Of a stretch of DNA of 64,000 nt, positions 24,929 to 36,888 are shown piece after piece (position 1 is the first letter of the stretch; each line of letters opens with the position of its first letter). The stretch covers positions 49,104,001-49,168,000 of the forward strand of contig OX638154.1 of assembly GCA_951804945.1 (NCBI GenBank), read 5' to 3'. Origin of the DNA: Podarcis cretensis (lineage: Eukaryota). The notes under the pieces were generated by a model. It saw only the letters and a list, made by a program, of their open reading frames with translations, was not told the DNA's origin and did no database searches. The position numbers were made by a program, and so were the translations under genes.

Positions 24929-24983
24929 TGACTGGACAGTGAAACTCTGGAGTGCAAGGAAGCTACTGAACAGCACAACCTAG
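24929..24983 (+). CDS. KIF21B: KIF21B alternative distal terminal exon (DWTVKLWSARKLLNSTT*)
   Basis: pyrimidine tract + cccAG, same phase as 23838, DxxVKLW WD40 motif, TAG stop at 24981-24983; resembles recalled human alternative C-terminus DLTVKFWS. Confidence 0.85.
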
Positions 24984-27900
24984 ATAGAACCTGGGGAACT
25001 ACTTGGACATGGTGACTGTGGTGGAGGTCACGAGAAGACAAGATGTGGCACTCTTGTTGAGCCTGGCTTGCAAGGGTAGGACATGCTTAGCTTCCCACCA
25101 GAATCTCACACACTCAGGGCTTCAGGAAAAGATGGCACCCTGGCTTTTTGGTACCATGTGCCCCAGTGAGTGAGTTGGTTGGATGGTGCGAGGGAGTCTT
25201 CTTTCCTTTCCAGTTTCCATGTCTCTTTGCTTGGTAGGATTTTGCAATGACACTGAACTGTGAAACTCCCACCATGGCATTGCCAGCCAAGGAGAATGGT
25301 CAAGCTGAGGCATTTGAGAGCATTTCTCCCATCAGAATCCGCATGCCACCCAAACAGGCACCCCCCCCCAGGCTATGTGAGAAGCTCTGCAAAATAGGTG
25401 GTTTTAGGTGTTCATAGACCAAGGAGGTTTATCAAGGAAAGATGCAAGAAACCTCATTCCTCACTCCATCACGCCTGAGCAATCCATACCCATCGACTCC
25501 TATGGCCGCATGTGCCCTGCTTATGGCATTCCTTCAGAGCTTAACAGTGAAACTGACCAGAGGAAATCTAAATATGCCAGCTGCTTCCTGGATGTGTTTC
25601 CTGCATATCTGATTGTTGTGTTTTAGAGGGTATTTCTTGTTCTAGTTAGATCTTTCATGAGTGTTAATGCGCTGGCTTCCTTTCTCTTATTTCCACCACT
25701 GATGGGCTGTGTGTATGTGTGTGTGTGATTTTATGAAGGGGGGAAGGGTGGGTGACAAAGTTAGCCACCTTTTTTTAAATGTTAAGCACATGTGATATTT
25801 CTCAGTTTTCACTCCAAAAGTAGAATCGCCAAAGGTTTTCATTTTCAAATGCTTAGAGCCCTACCAAGAGAACATAAAAAAGAAAAATCTCTACTGTATA
25901 AGTGAGGCCTGTCAAATGGGTGATGGATAATATGGGATTTGGATTATCACTTTTTCTTCAACTGTGGAATCAAAATTTCTGTTAGTTTGGAAGAATGGTT
26001 GCTTTCTGTGTTCCAGCTTCAGACTTGAAATTGTAATGCTGGTCCCTTTTTTCATAGTGCTAGATATCCCAGAAGGGAGAAAAAAAAGATGTGAGCTACT
26101 GGAATATGTTTTTGGATTCTCCCTGGGAAAGTCTTCACAGGCAGCCTGGGGAAAAACATGCATTATTTCAATCTGTGAAGCTGTTTACATTGTCCTGTTC
26201 CAATACGAGAAAATAATAATGGCAACAGAAACTGACTCTCTCCCCTCAGGTGGAGAAAGGACCCTTTTAAGTATTGGAACAGAAATGTGTGTTTTTTCTT
26301 TAGATTTTTAACAGGGTAAGAAACACTTGAACAAGCGTGTGGTGATTTGTTCCTGAGTTCACATTTCCCCAGATGTGGGATGATGAGACTTGCCCTCTTA
26401 GTCTTGCCCCATCACCTGTTTACTTACACCTGCTTGGCATCCGTTCACGTCAATACTCATGTCTTTATAATAGACTCTGCAACGAATAAGCAGGAGAAGC
26501 TTCTCTCTCTGTGCTTCAATCAACTTGAATTTTCACTGGTGGAGTTTCAACCCACTTAAGTGTTCTCATGGACCCTGTGTGAGCATCACTTTGCAAGAGA
26601 TGAAGCTTTCTGTTTGTGTGTAACACAGCAGGGCTGTCCCAGCCCTCACTGGAGAGTCACAGAGCACTCCTCAAAACCTTCGTTTCCTCACTTGGTTGTT
26701 AATATGTGGTATAAATGGACTTTTGACATGCATTGTGCTCTCCTGACCAAGGACCAAGTTCATGCCTCAACCAGCAGACTTGGGGTAAGCAGCACACTGG
26801 TGGACCATTCCACAGCTCTGCCCCCTGGTTTATAGGAGTCTTCTGCTCTAATAAACTGGGTTTGGGTGTGAACTTCATCCACTCCATGCAGTGAAGCTGC
26901 AGATTCTTCCATTGGGAGTAGGTTATTGTACTGTAATTCTGTATGGGTGTTCAAAAGGTTCTGTGTATTGTCTTGTGCATTATTTGGGGCTGGGGGAGCA
27001 GGAGGGAGAGGGTTGTGTGTATGTGCACGCACATGAGTGAAATTTAAAAAGGGTGAGGGCTTGTTTTGAGTTAACCTACCTCATGGTCCAAGGTGTCTAG
27101 TTCTACTCTTCGGGGTTTTTTTATGTTAATAAAACTTGAATTAGTCTGGGGAACGCACATTACCACTGACCCCTAAGTCCCAAAAGTGAGATGAAGGCAA
27201 GGTGAAAGCAAGTGTGCTTTGCCTTCGCTGTTGACTGATTTACATTCAAGCTCACAGCTTGTACTGTGTCCACCAGCAGCACCAATTTTAATAAGCTCTT
27301 CTTAAATGTTTAAGACTGATATTTATTGAATCACTGTGTCCTTTGCAGTCTTCTCGTGACTTAGCATTCTCAACCGAGAATAACAGAGAGGTCCAAGTGA
27401 TTCAAGCCTTGGAAGAGGGACCATCTTCCATCGGTAATGAAATCAGCACAATCCTCACGCCTTCACATGGCTACACGAGATATCTTGTCCGATATTTTCA
27501 GAAGCTTGTAGTCCACCTGTGAATTGCCTGTAAAAAAATATATTCTAGGAATACATTGTGAATTAGCTGCACACAGTTCACCTAAAACTTCCTCCATTCT
27601 TCCTTGGAGGAAGTCTGTTTAGTACAAGAAATATGAAATGTCTTGTAAAGTATTACTTGATATACCTGAAAGCACTGTACCTGACAGCACTCTGCTTAAC
27701 TGTTAAATTATTGACCATATTGCCATATAGTCCCATGTGCCTCAGTGCTATTGCTAGCTTTTTAGGTATGGGATTATATTTTCTCATATTGAAGAAGCTA
27801 CCCCCTTCTCTCTTATTTTTTAATAGTCCTGATCCAAGCAACGTGACAAAGTGCAAAACCCTGCAAATGAAATTGGGTGCAAACCAGGAGAGCCATTTTA

Positions 27901-28506
27901 CCTCCTATGAACAGTTACGTGAAGCACAAGGTGGGAAGGGTCAGAATAAGCAAGCTGAAAACATCGTCTGCTTTGAGTAGCCCTTGGGAGTAAATGTGCA
28001 TGCTCATTAAGAGGACACTGTCATTAACGAGATTCAAAAGTGGGTTTGCACAACCTGCTTGATTCATCCAGCAGCCCTGGGAAAATCTCTGCCAGGTTCT
28101 CCTGGTGTTCTTAAGGCTTTGCTCCTGGTGGTAGGATAACATGCACCATCCCTGCATTCCAAGAAAGGAGCTGGGGTGAAAGATGCCCCCTAAAGTGCAT
28201 CAACACCATAGGCCCATTTGCTCCACCTCTTGGTTTATGTATACATATATAATCATGTTTCAATTGACAGGTGCCTTTTCTTGCCCTGAAAGGTGTTTTC
28301 TCCCCCTCAAGGCTGGCGTGTGTGTTCAGGGCTTCTTTGGGGGTTTTGTACCATCAGGCAAAATGGTCACACGTATGTATGTGTGTGTGCGTGCGTGTGT
28401 ACATGATAAGGTGTGTAATTATTTTATACCGCTATGTAAATAGTGTAAGTTATTTAAAGCTCCCGCTGTACATGGTTTTCCAATGAATGTGTTTGTTCCT
28501 CCTCTT

Positions 28507-28516
28507 AATAAATAAA
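28507..28516 (+). terminator. Probable distal polyadenylation signal of KIF21B (overlapping AATAAA x2)
   Basis: AATAAATAAA at the end of an AU/GU-rich UTR-like segment carrying a Pumilio element (TGTAAATA 28435-28442). Confidence 0.6.
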
Positions 28517-30166
28517 CATCGAAAACAAGATCTGAGAATAATTATTTTTAATAAAAATAAAACAGGCCATTAAGTGTAAGTTCAAAAGGCTCTTTCAGTG
28601 GTACGAAGATTGAGCTGATGAGGAAATGGATATTGATACAGGTATGAGCAAGTGGCTCTGATCTAGGAAGTTAAAAACAAACAAACCCAGAAGCAACGAG
28701 CCTGGCCAGAATTTAAGTGTCATCTGATAACTGTATCTTCATGACCTGGCTTTTTGCCTTTTTTGTACTTAATTAACAGCACACTTTGGGGCAACAACAA
28801 AACATTGTTTTTGACTGTTTCTAAAGAAGTAATTAAAGCAGAGGCAATTCCCAAATGATGACTTGCAAGGATTAGAACACACAAGGACTCAGAAAAAGCA
28901 TCCTATTCAATATAAAAATGTTCAGGTAGATTTAACACTGTTTTGAGCTGAGTCCAGGTAACTTTCATAGTTGCACATCATACATACGGTATTCCCTCTC
29001 CCTCCACTGGCAAACCTTGTACAAATAAGTTAATATTAAGAACAATGTTGGTTGCAAATACCACACACACTTGATCATCATGATACCATAATTAGTGCTT
29101 TAACATCCCTAAGTTACCCCAGAAGCAAAGACCAGTATTAGAGAGAGACGGGTACTTAGAAAAGACCCCATAGTAAGTAGTAGAGGTTAAGCAAAATATC
29201 TTTTTGTCCAGTCTAGGGTTGCATGACAAATTAAGTACAAGCCTGGCATCTGGAGAATCTGCTTTTCTTTTTCAAAACTGACATTTCTAGCCTTAAAAGC
29301 ACGAAGGCTTATGCCCATTTTTTTTGCCATGACTTGTAAGTTGAAAAGGATCTGGGCTGAGACCAAACAGAGTCACTTTCAGTTCCTTGTGACATGCTTG
29401 TATAATGAGAAACCCCTTCCACGAAGTGATGGGTTTCATACAAAGATAGAGCCACACATGAAAAGGGCTCCTTTTAAGAATCGTTGTGATGTAGATACAG
29501 AACCAAGAACATGGCAAATGCTGTGAAAAGCAGTTGTGAAGAGAAAACAATAAGGAAAGGGCATGTGCACCAAACTACACTTGGGGAAGCTTGCTTGCCT
29601 CCATTGCCTGTTTGCTACATCACACTACTTTATGCAAGAATAAAGACGACAACAGAGGCTCCACATCTAGCACATGTGAGGGCAGGCGGATTCTGCTTCC
29701 GTGGGGGAAAGAAAATTCATGTAGTCAGGCTTGGCTCTTTTCTGAAAAGCTATAAAAAGTTCTCAAGTTCTTGCTTTCATAACCTACAGCCGGCTCCCAA
29801 GATCTTTCCACCACAGACAGACGTGAATAAATAGGCAGACAAGCAAACACTAGTTAAGAGGGGTGAGGGATCTTGCTGTGCTCTGTATTCCGCACAGGAC
29901 AGAAAACCTAGCTGTCTGTTACAGTAGTCTATTGCATCAGTTCATCACAGGAACAAAGGAAGAGACTGAGCTATATAGTCTCACATAGGTTGCAGCATAG
30001 CCCCTAAAGTGTTCTCTTTAATAAAGCAGGATCAGATGGTCGAAGAACGCACCAAAGTTTGACACAAGCCTCGTCTTTCCAACCTGGAATGGGGAGACAG
30101 GTCGGTCTAGGCAGCCAGCCTGCTGACATTGCCGAATTGCAGGAAGTCACGGTGATTCAGCAGTCT

Positions 30167-30259
30167 CTACACCTGAGTAATGATTTCTCCATTTTCTGGC
30201 ACGTAGACCTGCACAGGGGCTCCCTCAGGAGACCGTTTCAGGATATGGACACGGGGAAC
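30167..30259 (-). CDS. INAVA: INAVA last coding exon (VPRVHILKRSPEGAPVQVYVPENGEIITQV*)
   Basis: ttccAG acceptor, TAG stop at 30167-30169. Confidence 0.95.
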   Translation of the reverse strand, partial: VPRVHILKRSPEGAPVQVYVPENGEIITQV

Positions 30260-33200
30260 CTGGAAGGTTAAAAAAAGGAGCCTCTTAATGGAACTGCCGC
30301 ACCAGCACATCTCCCCAGTAGCAGCAACACGACCACCACCAAATACAATTTCCTTCATCAAACATAAAAGCATTTGTTGCAGCTAATGGTCACTTCCTAT
30401 CTTGATTGCCTCAGGAAAATGTGGCCCATTATGTTTCTCCATGCCTATAAAATCAATTCCTCCCCCACCATTAAGCGCAGTGTAAAAATAAAGTTTCCAG
30501 GGCAATCTTTCCTATTCTTTCCATTCAGTGCCATTAAATTAAGTGTCTTTAAAATGCTGTGATGTTTTCCAGCCATGATTACCATTCATGCTTTCACCTT
30601 TGGGGGTTGGACTAGAGGACCCACCACATAGAGGGTCATGGGAAGGTGGTGCTCTGGCACTTTTCAACAGGGCTGCGGCACCTGTGGCCCTTCCAAAGAG
30701 GCTGGGACTCCCAGCAGCCCCAGCTGGCATGGCCAATGATCAGAGATGATGGGCCTTGTAGTCCAGCAACAAATGGAAGACCACAAGCTCCCCATCCCTG
30801 CTGTAAAACAACTAGGTGTCTAGAGCATCCTAAAGAATACACGGAAAAAGCTGAGCCCCTGCAGGCAAATAAACAGAGCTTGCCATAGCTTTATGCATTA
30901 TGAAGGACTAAAAGAGGCTCTTAAAAGTAGCAATATTGGCATAAGATGGTCTAACTGACTACAAAGCAGCTTCTTATATTTATATTGCCATGCATGGGTG
31001 CAAAACCAAAACAGCTTCTAACTATTAATCAACGTGAAGCTTCCACGGTTTCTACCCATTATTCACAGGCATGTCCAGAGGAGCACCCACTTGCAAACTT
31101 GAGAGTGTGAGCTCACTCTCAGAGGGGTGGCTATTTTAGTCTGTTGCAGCAAACTGGCATCTTAAAGACTTAATAAAGTAATGAGCTTCTGTGGACTGGA
31201 GTCTGTTTCAACCGATGCTTATACAAGGAGATTGTCCTCATGGCTCCTCTTTTTAGGTGAGTAAAGCTCCCCTATCTCTTGAATGGGGACCACAGATTTA
31301 AATGAACTGGCCAAAGGAGGTTTGGAAACAGCGTAACTGGCCTCTAGGACTCACAAATAAAACTACCTGAAAATGCACATGTGCCCCAACTGATGGGCAT
31401 AGAATTGCCAGGGATTTATCTGATGCTGCATGGATGGGTGGTTTCCTTGTGCTGAAGATAGATTAGACAAACACGTAACGTGCAATCTATGGTCGCTGTC
31501 TTCTCTTGCTCATGCGAATGCTTCCTAGCACAGCAAAGAGTTGTCTGATCAAAATTTCACAGCTGTTTCCAGGTGAGGGGAGGCACGCATTGAAGAGGAT
31601 GGGAGGAATCCAAGGGCAAGCTCTTGCTCGCATGGTTGTGGGCTTCTGCCCTGTGCTGCAGGCGAGGGAGATGCCCAAGGAGGAGAGAACTGTGCTTCAT
31701 TGTGCAACAGTTTTGCACATCGAAAGAACATAATTCTCCAAGCGGAACCCCCCCCCCCCGCCACCAGGATTCATATCTTTCAGAATTCCTCTCACTGACT
31801 ATGTTTCTCAAGGAACAGCGTGCAGAGTTGCCAAAAGGCAATGCTGTTCTCACCAACCATCAGAACTAAGGAGCAGCAACATAACCTTTTCCTATCTAAC
31901 AAACTGCCCAACAAGCATACAGGTAAAAAATACAGTAAAGGACCCATGGACAGTTAAGTCCAGTCAAAGGCAACTATGGGTTTCAGCGCTCATCTCGTTT
32001 TCAGACCCAAGAACTAGAACAAGCTTAAGGACTACTGGACTTTACTGAGGTTCAAGGAAGTGGATACTACTTGATGTGTTGTATTCAGTGCTAGTCCTAC
32101 TTAGAGTTGACCCACCGCCATTAAGGAGCCTGTTAGTCTTGTCCAGTAACTTCAATGGGTCTACTCCTGAGTAGGATTAACACCGGATACAACTCTATTA
32201 TTTTTTTAAATTACCTGGGCAGAGAACTTGGAAATTTCCCCTCTGCCACAAACATGAGTCAACTCTTATAGGCTCTGAGCCAGAAGACTCCTCTTCATGA
32301 GTAATTTGGAACACTCAAACAGCTCTCAGAGCAAACAAACATCTGAAACTGGGGTGGTGATTTTAAGCAGCTGAATGGCCCTTGGGAAAAGGCTTAGGCA
32401 CCCCTCCCATGATCTACCGTTCTCAAGTCCCCATCCCAATCCGTCCCAAAGCACTATCTTATTACTTTAAATTGAATTTGTGGTAGTGTTGCATGCATTT
32501 GTGTTTAACTTCTAATTAGTCGTAGGGCTGTGCCAAATGTCTGTTCCAAAGCATAGTGTTTCAGTGGACCTGTAAATGCACTTTTAAAATAATATTAAAA
32601 AAGCTTTTCACAACATTGCTAGAAAATAGCACAAAAGAAGCAGCCAAACCCACTAGCTGTGTATGTTTCTCCAGTCCTCCCCCCCCCCCAAGCCCATGAG
32701 CTGTAAAAAGGCCCAGCAGTGCAGTGCGCCTTTGCGAGGCGACAGCAGTCTGTGGAATCTGCTTTTCCCTGAGCCCGTGGATGGCTCTCCAACTCACGGA
32801 GAGCTGGCCATGTCTCTTGGTTGCCATGAACGAATACTGCTTCCACCAACACACATTCTGGTGGTGTGCCAAAATAGCAACTTTTGCCCACGAATATGTA
32901 AGACAGTCAACATTTTGGTAGCCATAGCAGGATGCAAAAAACTGAAAAGAAGCGTAACAACCTGAGCAGTGAAGTGAATCCCACCTGAGAGGCACCTGCC
33001 TTCCTCTTACAGGAGGGAGCACTATAGTATACTTCTACAGATCTGCTGGTACTCATGAAAGCCTTCCTCCATTTTTCCTATTCACATGGGCGCACACACG
33101 GAGCTTTCAATTCCTCGTGTGCCCAGATACTAACAGCCTGTAAAGTAGGAATGGAAACCTGTAGTCTAGCAACATCTGGAGAGCTACAAGTCCCATCATG

Positions 33201-33449
33201 CCGACTATTAGCCCTGCTGGCTAATAGTCCCATTAACATCTGGGGGCTGCAGATTCCAGATTGCCCACACCCGTTAAGAGGCTTCTACACTCATTTGTTT
33301 ATAGAAAATGAGCTTATCTATGAACATGCACATTAGCACGTTCTCCTTAATCAGGTCTAGCTGGAATATTGAGGAAACTCTTGCAGAAACAGTAAAGAAG
33401 AGGCTGGTTCCTCTCTCCCCAAGACACCTTCCTGCCCAAAGATCCTCAC

Positions 33450-34167
33450 CTGAATTTGCTGCCCCATGGAACAGGAGGGGCGCAACTCTCGGCCGGGCCC
33501 ACTGCGCATGCGAAAGGCCCCTTGTCTGTCCAGGGAATGTGGCCGCGCATTACGCAGCCGAGTCCGTTCGTGCCACGATTTCAGCTCTTCTGTCACAGCT
33601 GACTTGGAGAGGACTCGGGGCCCCATCGGGGAGCAGTCCTTCAGAGATGGGGTGCGCACCACCCTGCTGTGGGAAACAACCGACCGGTGGAACCGCACAG
33701 GCACCGCCTCTTCCTTGTAGGCAAAATGGGCGGAGCTTACAGACAGGAAGGGCGGCCGGCTGTGGCCGAGCTCCCGCCCAGCCAGCAGGTGGCTGTCATA
33801 TTCTACGGCAGAGAAGTAGCCCAGGGGTGAGAGCAGCTTCTGAGGACACTGGCAGTGGTATTCGGGTCCGTTCCCCTTGGAGGTCTGGTTCTGGAATGGC
33901 TGCAGGGGCTCCTCCACGGGGACCGAGGAGCTTGGCTTCAGGAAGGAGATGTCGGGGCTGCTGCTACCGGCAGAGGTGGCATAGGAGATGCTGGAGACAT
34001 CCGAATTGCTGTCTTCTGAGGCGGAGTGGTAGGTGGGCTTGGCGGCTGGGTTGGCCTTGGGCACAGAGAAGCAGTACTCGGGGACAGTGACAGTGTAGTA
34101 GGTGGGACGCCGCCTTGGCAATGCGCTTCTTCCGCGGGACTCGAAGCCTTCCCGGGATGAACACACC
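33450..34167 (-). CDS. INAVA: INAVA large exon (VCSSREGFESRGRSALPRRRPTYY...HSLDRQGAFR...QQIQ)
   Basis: ctccAG acceptor, GTGAGG donor; ORF 33357..34166. Confidence 0.95.
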
Positions 34168-34946
34168 CTGGAGGCCAGAAGGAGAGAGTTAAGACCATCT
34201 ATCAGGAGCTCACAATGGCTACCTTAACACCTTTGAAGCACTTCCTCCTAAGGATTATGGGAGGTTCAGCGCACTGAGAGTCGTTAGGAGGCCCCCTTCC
34301 CTTCACACAGCTACAGTTCCCTACAAGGAAGGGTTGATTGTTAAATCCAGGACTTTTTCCATCCGGAACTCAGTGCTGGCACCTCTCAGGTGGGCGCCAT
34401 TGCCATTATAAGAGAACAAGGGAGGAGTTTAGGAATTGCCAGGAGAACTCCAAGAACATTATGTCAGATGTGGGGAGGAGAAAGGAGAAATGCTTACACT
34501 GCTACAGCAATCTCCTTAGAGCTCCTTTGCATTATTATATGCTTCCTTTGTATAGTTTATTCTGCACACAGTTGGAAAAGGAGGGTCATGAAACAATGCA
34601 GGGCACTGAAGCCCCTACCCTTAACTGCTGGAAATCCTGTTTGCCCCTCCTCTAGCTTCCAACATTTTCCCAAACATTGCTCATTTGCCTTCAAGCCTAT
34701 TTTCATAGCTAGGAGAACTAGAAAACCCTTTTTTTCAAAATAACAACAACAAAAATAACAAAAATAACTGAGAGCTGAGATTCCCAAAAAAATTAAATTT
34801 TGCATTTGTGAGGCCTGATAATAGAAGCAAAACACATAGCCTCACCCCAAGGTGTCTGACATGTTCAAACTTCAAAGCGTGATCAGGTAACAACAGGCAG
34901 GGCCACCTGCTTGAGTACATGAATTGACCCTAAGTCCATAGAGTAC

Positions 34947-35120
34947 CTCATGAGTTGAGGTTGTCCTCTCCTTCCCAGGAACTCAGGTGTCTGTGGGGCA
35001 CTGGAACCAGCCTGTTTCCTTACTTCCAGCTTCCTGGGAGGAACAAAGTGGCATGGCGATGCCTCAGCACTCGTCTGAGGGGTACGGCTGGGTGACGGTT
35101 GAGACAGCAGGCCTGGACTG
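34947..35120 (-). CDS. INAVA: INAVA exon (SPGLLSQP...SAPQTPEFLGRRGQPQLM)
   Basis: CAGCAG tandem acceptor, GTACTC donor. Confidence 0.9.
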
Positions 35121-35652
35121 CTGTAACAGAACACAATAAGAACATCAAGTAAGAAGCTGTCTGCAGTCCTGTCATCTTTCTTTGTGTGCAAAGGAGTGAG
35201 AGGCTCTGGTCAGGGGTCAAATCCCCCTCCCTTTCATCTTCCCTAAGAGTGAAAAACAGGAGTAAAAAGAGAAAGCAAGACTCAAGTGGGTCTACAAAGC
35301 CCACTGTTCTGGCTTAGTTAATTGGACTACTAAGTTTCTAGGTCAGTGGTTCTCAAAGGACACTTTCCCCAATGCAATTGTGAAGCCTACATTGGCTGGG
35401 ATTCACATGCAATTTCATTTCATGTTATTAAATTAAGCAACTTTAAGGTGGATTTGTGGAAATAAAAAAATGGAAACATTGCACAATCACACTAAAGCAG
35501 CAAAACAATACAATGCTTATTGTTCTTAAAACGAAGTAATGGACATACACTACAGTAGCTTCCATATTAACTGCATGCAAATAACCATTAACAGAGGCCA
35601 TGCAGGCATATCCGAAGAAGAGCAAGAAAAGAGAGAGAAGAAAGGTCTTGAC

Positions 35653-35887
35653 CTTGGCACACTGCTGGGCTCAGTGGATTTCTTTGGCTTTTCATAGGGC
35701 TTGTCCAGACTGGTCTCTTTCCATGGGCTGTTTTGGATGGGAGAGCACTCCACGTCAGTGGCTTGGTAGTGGGTTTGCCCTTCTAGTAACGCAGAACGCA
35801 GAGGCTGAGCCGAAGAACCGGGTGGGGGTTGGAGGCGAGCTGAAGCTGTGAGGATTGGCGGAAGATGGGCGCTCAGCACCTGGGATT
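35653..35887 (-). CDS. INAVA: INAVA exon (SQVLSAH...NSPWKETSLDKPYEKPKK...VP)
   Basis: pyrimidine tract + AAG acceptor, weak GTCAAG donor that gives the correct phase. Confidence 0.9.
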
Positions 35888-36834
35888 CTTCAGAAAAGGA
35901 AAAGGAAAGAACTGCAGCATTATCTACTGAGTTACATTCAAGGTGCTGGAACTGGTGTACAAATCCCCATGCATCTTGGGACCAGGGTACCTAAAATATC
36001 ATCTCACCCCTTACATACCCACTCAATCACTGCACTCTGCAGGTGAGGGCCTCCTGCAAATACCATATTGTAATGGGGTCAACCCTGCACAATACAGGAA
36101 TCGGGCCTTTAGTGTGCTGGAATCTGCCCCTTGGAATTCCCTCTGTTGTGTTTTCAGCACCTGCTGAAGACTTTCCTGTTCCAACAAGCCATTTAAATGG
36201 AGGACTTTGTCCCAAACTGCATCTGTACTGGAACTGCTTTTAATAGTTTTCATATGTGTAATTGTAATTGTTTTATGTATGGAACTGTTTTTAACTGTTT
36301 TACACTTTTCTTGTTTTATAGTTGTGACTATTTTGCTTGTTTCAAAACTGTTTATTTTATTGCTGTAGTCTACCCTGGCACCTTATAGTAAAAGGCAAGT
36401 AAGATATCTAATAAGAGATTTTTAAAAAAGCATGAATAACCACTGACTTAGGCTATATCATTCAAAATATACCAAATCACTTATCACAGACTCTTATCAT
36501 CCTCTAGATTAAACCAAAACAGGATGTTGAATTTAGCAGATATCCACAGTCATAAAAGACCCACTTATCGGTCACCTTTGTACTTGAATCTTTTGAAAAT
36601 TTAGATGAGATCCATTCACTAACTCTCTTCTCTGCCTTACAAGTCCAGCTGGCTGCTGTGGCCTAATTCTTAGTCATGTGGTATGAATCAAGGCCAAACC
36701 TCGACAAGATGTCAGAGAGCAGTGATCAGATACAGTTTGTCTCTTCAAAGGCTTAACTACCACTTTACGCTAGGTGAAGGAAAGTCACAAGCACACGGCA
36801 ATGACAGTGCAGAGATCACAGTTATCTAGTTTAC

Positions 36835-36888
36835 CTTCTTCTACCGCAACAGCATCCAACAAGGAGTTCTCATCAGAGGCACTGAACC
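36835..36888 (-). CDS. INAVA: INAVA 54-nt exon (FSASDENSLLDAVAVEE)
   Basis: caccAG acceptor, GTAAAC donor; similar to recalled human LSASDDSSLSDGLLLEE; not in the ORF track. Confidence 0.88.

Larger units (their letters stand above)
229..28530 (+). other. KIF21B: KIF21B gene, 3' portion (stalk, regulatory coiled coil, WD40 tail, 3' UTR); motor-domain exons lie upstream of the window
   Basis: 27 exons splice with GT-AG sites into one 1236-aa open frame that closely matches recalled human KIF21B (GKRVIGEDG...[13 protein letters not shown]). The C-terminus and SDDSDSS exon are KIF21B-type, not KIF21A-type. Adjacent to INAVA as in human 1q32.1. Confidence 0.97.

Noticed and set aside
32080-32192. 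Imperfect hairpin as a possible miRNA or ncRNA (related one at 44450-44555)
   Set aside because: The recurring TTCAATGGGTCTAC arm indicates a decayed palindromic repeat family; no known ncRNA recognised.
33308-34090. 260-aa + strand ORF
   Set aside because: Antisense shadow of the GC-rich INAVA exon 33450-34167; no recognisable domain.
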